From NCBI GenBank assembly GCA_965224485.1, contig CBDCZH010000023.1:1-64000 (forward strand): a stretch of DNA of 64,000 bases, written 5' to 3'. Positions within the stretch are counted from its first letter, which is position 1; each line of letters begins with the position of its first letter. This stretch comes from Arcobacteraceae bacterium. GTDB taxonomy: Bacteria; Campylobacterota; Campylobacteria; Campylobacterales; Arcobacteraceae. The position numbers were made by a program, and so were the translations under genes. The notes beneath the pieces are model-generated. The model was given only the letters and a program-made list of their open reading frames with translations, did not search any database and had not been told where the DNA came from. Positions 60,614 through 64,000 of the stretch are shown here, in pieces.

Positions 60614-60734
60614 ATTTCACGTTATTTTAAAATTCATCCGGATATTTTTTGTCAGATCTTTTATATTTAATATATAAAAAAACTATTGCAATAAGAGAAA
60701 TGATTACAAATACATTAAAAAAATCTAAAGGCAT

Positions 60735-63700
60735 CTATTCTATTCCTCTTGCACCAATATTCCCATATCTATGATATGAGTGTGAAATAGATTGCTCAAT
60801 GAAATAATTCAATAATTCAATTCTACCTTCCATCATAGCTTCCATTCTAGTAATAAAAAGACTAAGTTTGTTAGCTTCTTTAAATACTAAAGAAGGAACT
60901 TTATTTATATTAGAATAAATTATTCTGTCATATGATTTAAAATATTTTACAAAATCTTCATCTTTTTCTTCTTTAAAACTATCTTTTGAAGTAAATAACT
61001 CAGGTGAACTAGCTAAAAGTTCTTTTATTGCATCATTATTATCAATTGAAACTTTAAAGTTAACCTTAGCAACTCTTGAAGCTAAAATTCTTGCTAATAC
61101 TTCAAAAATACTATCATCAGAACTTACTCTAATAAGTACTTTTTGCAAAGCATGGTATCTAAAGTGATTATCTTCACCTCTAACATTAGAATAATCTTTT
61201 TCTTTTAAGAACTCATTTTCATAATTTTCAATATATGATTGTAAAGCAATTTCTAGTTTTTCAAAATCTTCTTTATTATTAGAAATAACCTTACATCTTG
61301 AGATAAATGATGTTAATTCACTTGTATACTCTTTTTGAACCTTAGGATGTTTAACTTCTTTAAAATTAACAAATTGAGTAATATAATTAAATATTCCAAC
61401 TTTTCTTCCAGCTCCTATTGCTGATTTTCCCATTCCACCAAAAGGTTGTCTTAGAACAACAGCACCAGTTGTTCCTCTATTAACATATAGATTTCCAGCC
61501 TTAAGATGTTCTTTCCAATAAGTAACTTCTCTTTCATCTAAAGACTCAATTCCAGAAGTTAAACCATAACCAGTAGAATTAACAATATCAACAGCATCTT
61601 TTAAAGTACTAGCTCTCATAACAGATAAAACTGGTCCAAAAAGTTCATTTTTATGACAAAAACTACCTACTTGTACACCCCATTTAATAGCTGGTTTTAA
61701 CATATATTCGTTATTGTCTACATAAGCAGGTGCTAAAGCCCAAGATTCACCTCTTTCAAGAGTATCTATAGCTTGTTTAAGATTTCCACTAACCTTATTA
61801 GCTAAAGTTCCAATTTTATTTTTAAAATCCCAAACAGAACCAACACTCATAGAATTTGCAGTATCAATTAAAGCTTTTTTGAAATTTGCATCATTATAAA
61901 CTTCATCTTCTAGAACTAATAAAGATGTAGCAGAACATTTTTGACCTGAATTTGAAAAAGCACTTAAACAAACATTTTTAACAGCCTGTTCTCTATCCGC
62001 CATATTTGTTACAATTGTTGCATCTTTTCCACCAGTTTCAGCAGTTAAATATAAGTCTTCTCTTGCATTTAACATAGCATGAGCAGTATCTTCTCCACCT
62101 GTTAAAATTACAAAATCAATATCTTTATTTTTAATTAAATGCTCTCCAGCTAAAGCACCAGGGCAAGCTAAGAATTGTAAAGTATTTTTTGAAACTCCTG
62201 CATCCCAAAAACACTTGCACATTTCATATGAACATAAAGCAGCATCTGAAGCTGGTTTAATAATAACAGTATTTCCAGCAGCTAAAGCAGCAGCTATTCC
62301 ACCTAAAGATATAGCAATTGGGAAATTCCAAGGAGGAATAATAACACCAACACCACGTCCAGAAAATTCTAAGTTTTCATATTTTTTGAAATAATTTATA
62401 CTATAAGGATAAAATTCTAAGAAATCAACACTCTCAGATACTTCTACATCAGTCTCAGAAAACACTTTTCCAACTTCAGCAGCAGCCACTCCAATTAAAT
62501 CATCTCGTCTTTCACGCACTTTAATTGCAACTTGTTTTAATACTTCATGTCTTTGATTATGTGTTTTATCTCTCCAGCCATCAATATCTTCTCTTGCAAC
62601 TTCTACTGCTTTTTTAATATCAGCCTCATTAGCATTTGCAAATCTTCCTGCTAAAACACCATCTTTTAACTGAGATTTATCAATAGCATCTTTTATAATT
62701 CTATTTTCAATTATATCAATACCAGCAACAACTACAGGAGCAATACTATGAACAGTATTTTTATCAAACTTCCATTTTTTAACAATATTTTTTGCCCACT
62801 GTTTATTTTCATCTAAAATAAAATCAGTATCAGCTTCAGCATGATAAATACCAGTATCAAAAGCAGAATTTGAAAATTCATTCCATTTTTCATCTAGTCT
62901 ATTTTGTACTCTCTTAACTCCAACAAAAGATTTTTCTTCATTTTTAAAAGAGTCTTCAAAAATATCTTTTTGCATATTCCAGTTTTTTGAACCAACAGTT
63001 AAACCAAATGAATATCTAATAAAGTTACTAGGACCAGTATTTTCATCTAATCTTCTAACTAAATAAGCAATTGCATTTGTAAACTGTTCTTTTGAAGCAG
63101 TTGGTGCATATAAGATAACTTCTTTTGAAATTTCTTTAATAGCTAGTCTTGCAGATTCACTCATACCTTCTAACATTTCTAAAGTATGGTATTGCCCTAC
63201 TTCATTGATATTTGCCAAAGTTGTAGCATAAGCTAGTTCAAATAAGTTATGAGAAGCAGTTCCTAGGTGTAAATATGGAGCATTTTCTTTATCTAATGCA
63301 TATCTAACCATTCTTTTATAATTTGAATCAGTATCTAGTTTTTTAGTATAAGTTACCATTTCCCAATGTTTTTGAGAAGCTTCTGTTTCTTCCATTTCCA
63401 TGTTAGCACCTTTTACAAGTCTAACTTTAATAGCTTTTCCACCATCTTGTACTCTTTGTTTAACCCAAGAAGTTAACTCTTTTTGCCAAAGAAATGAATC
63501 TGGTAAATATGCTTGAAGTACAATTCCAGCATATAAATCTTTAAACTCTTCTTTTTGCAAAGTTCTTTTAAATACTTCAACTGTAATTGCTAAGTCTCTA
63601 TACTCTTCCATATCAAGATTTATAAACTTATATTCATCTTTTCCATCTTGATTTTTAAAAGTATATTTTTTAGCCTGTGCATAAATTTTTGAAAGTTTCT

Positions 63701-64000
63701 CTACTAAAATCTCAACAGTTCCTTCAAAGTCTAAAGGATTAATTTGTGAAAAAATAGTTGATATTTTAATTGATAAATAATCAATATTTGGATTCTCAAG
63801 TGCTTTTAAATACTTTTCCATTCGCTCTTCTGCTTCTTCTTCACCAAGAACCACTTCACCAATAAGATTAATATTAACTCTAGTTCCTTCACTTTTACGC
63901 TTAAGTAAATGCTTATTAAAATATTCTGATTCTCCTTTTATTACAACAGTTTTAGTATCTTCTCTTATTTGATTTACAAACATAGGAACAGAAATACTTG
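60735..64000 (-). CDS. putA: Bifunctional proline dehydrogenase / P5C dehydrogenase (5' end outside window)
   Basis: LDMEE, RLVKGAN, ASHN, YLVRRLDEN, PWNFP, ETGGK, GQKCSA, ELFGP; frame open to the window edge. Confidence 0.96.
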   Translation of the reverse strand, partial: SISVPMFVNQIREDTKTVVIKGESEYFNKHLLKRKSEGTRVNINLIGEVVLGEEEAEERMEKYLKALENPNIDYLSIKISTIFSQINPLDFEGTVEILVEKLSKIYAQAKKYTFKNQDGKDEYKFINLDMEEYRDLAITVEVFKRTLQKEEFKDLYAGIVLQAYLPDSFLWQKELTSWVKQRVQDGGKAIKVRLVKGANMEMEETEASQKHWEMVTYTKKLDTDSNYKRMVRYALDKENAPYLHLGTASHNLFELAYATTLANINEVGQYHTLEMLEGMSESARLAIKEISKEVILYAPTASKEQFTNAIAYLVRRLDENTGPSNFIRYSFGLTVGSKNWNMQKDIFEDSFKNEEKSFVGVKRVQNRLDEKWNEFSNSAFDTGIYHAEADTDFILDENKQWAKNIVKKWKFDKNTVHSIAPVVVAGIDIIENRIIKDAIDKSQLKDGVLAGRFANANEADIKKAVEVAREDIDGWRDKTHNQRHEVLKQVAIKVRERRDDLIGVAAAEVGKVFSETDVEVSESVDFLEFYPYSINYFKKYENLEFSGRGVGVIIPPWNFPIAISLGGIAAALAAGNTVIIKPASDAALCSYEMCKCFWDAGVSKNTLQFLACPGALAGEHLIKNKDIDFVILTGGEDTAHAMLNAREDLYLTAETGGKDATIVTNMADREQAVKNVCLSAFSNSGQKCSATSLLVLEDEVYNDANFKKALIDTANSMSVGSVWDFKNKIGTLANKVSGNLKQAIDTLERGESWALAPAYVDNNEYMLKPAIKWGVQVGSFCHKNELFGPVLSVMRASTLKDAVDIVNSTGYGLTSGIESLDEREVTYWKEHLKAGNLYVNRGTTGAVVLRQPFGGMGKSAIGAGRKVGIFNYITQFVNFKEVKHPKVQKEYTSELTSFISRCKVISNNKEDFEKLEIALQSYIENYENEFLKEKDYSNVRGEDNHFRYHALQKVLIRVSSDDSIFEVLARILASRVAKVNFKVSIDNNDAIKELLASSPELFTSKDSFKEEKDEDFVKYFKSYDRIIYSNINKVPSLVFKEANKLSLFITRMEAMMEGRIELLNYFIEQSISHSYHRYGNIGARGIE

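Noticed and set aside
1..64000. CRISPR array, IS element or rRNA
   Set aside because: No regularly spaced repeats, transposase ORFs or rRNA-like tracts seen by eye; intergenic gaps are too short

Overview
AT-rich core-chromosome segment from a Campylobacterota bacterium. The gene content (hobA, xerH, mqnC, the metG-fbp-mobB-slt-yggT-gltX block, 6S RNA before purD) most resembles Arcobacteraceae; this assignment is from recognition, not a database search. It holds about 60 mostly housekeeping genes, a four-tRNA operon (Gln, fMet, CAU, Thr), a 6S RNA, an oadG-oadA/pycB-oadB-pckA operon, a cheY-cheA-cheR-cheD-cheB cluster, and xerH with an adjacent difH-like site, so the window may span the replication terminus. 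I saw no CRISPR array, IS element or prophage. Most notable: (i) an orphan CI/S24 self-cleaving repressor with two related 17-bp palindromes lying on back-to-back promoters and an unannotated divergent 35-aa ORF; (ii) a full-length GluRS2 paralogue that has lost its HIGH/KMSKS-type motifs and, two genes downstream, a full-length Slt homologue that has lost its catalytic Glu; (iii) ftsK apparently starting at ATA; (iv) a ZapB-like/acidic/NDT gene trio beside difH-xerH. Family calls come from motif recognition and remembered family consensus only.
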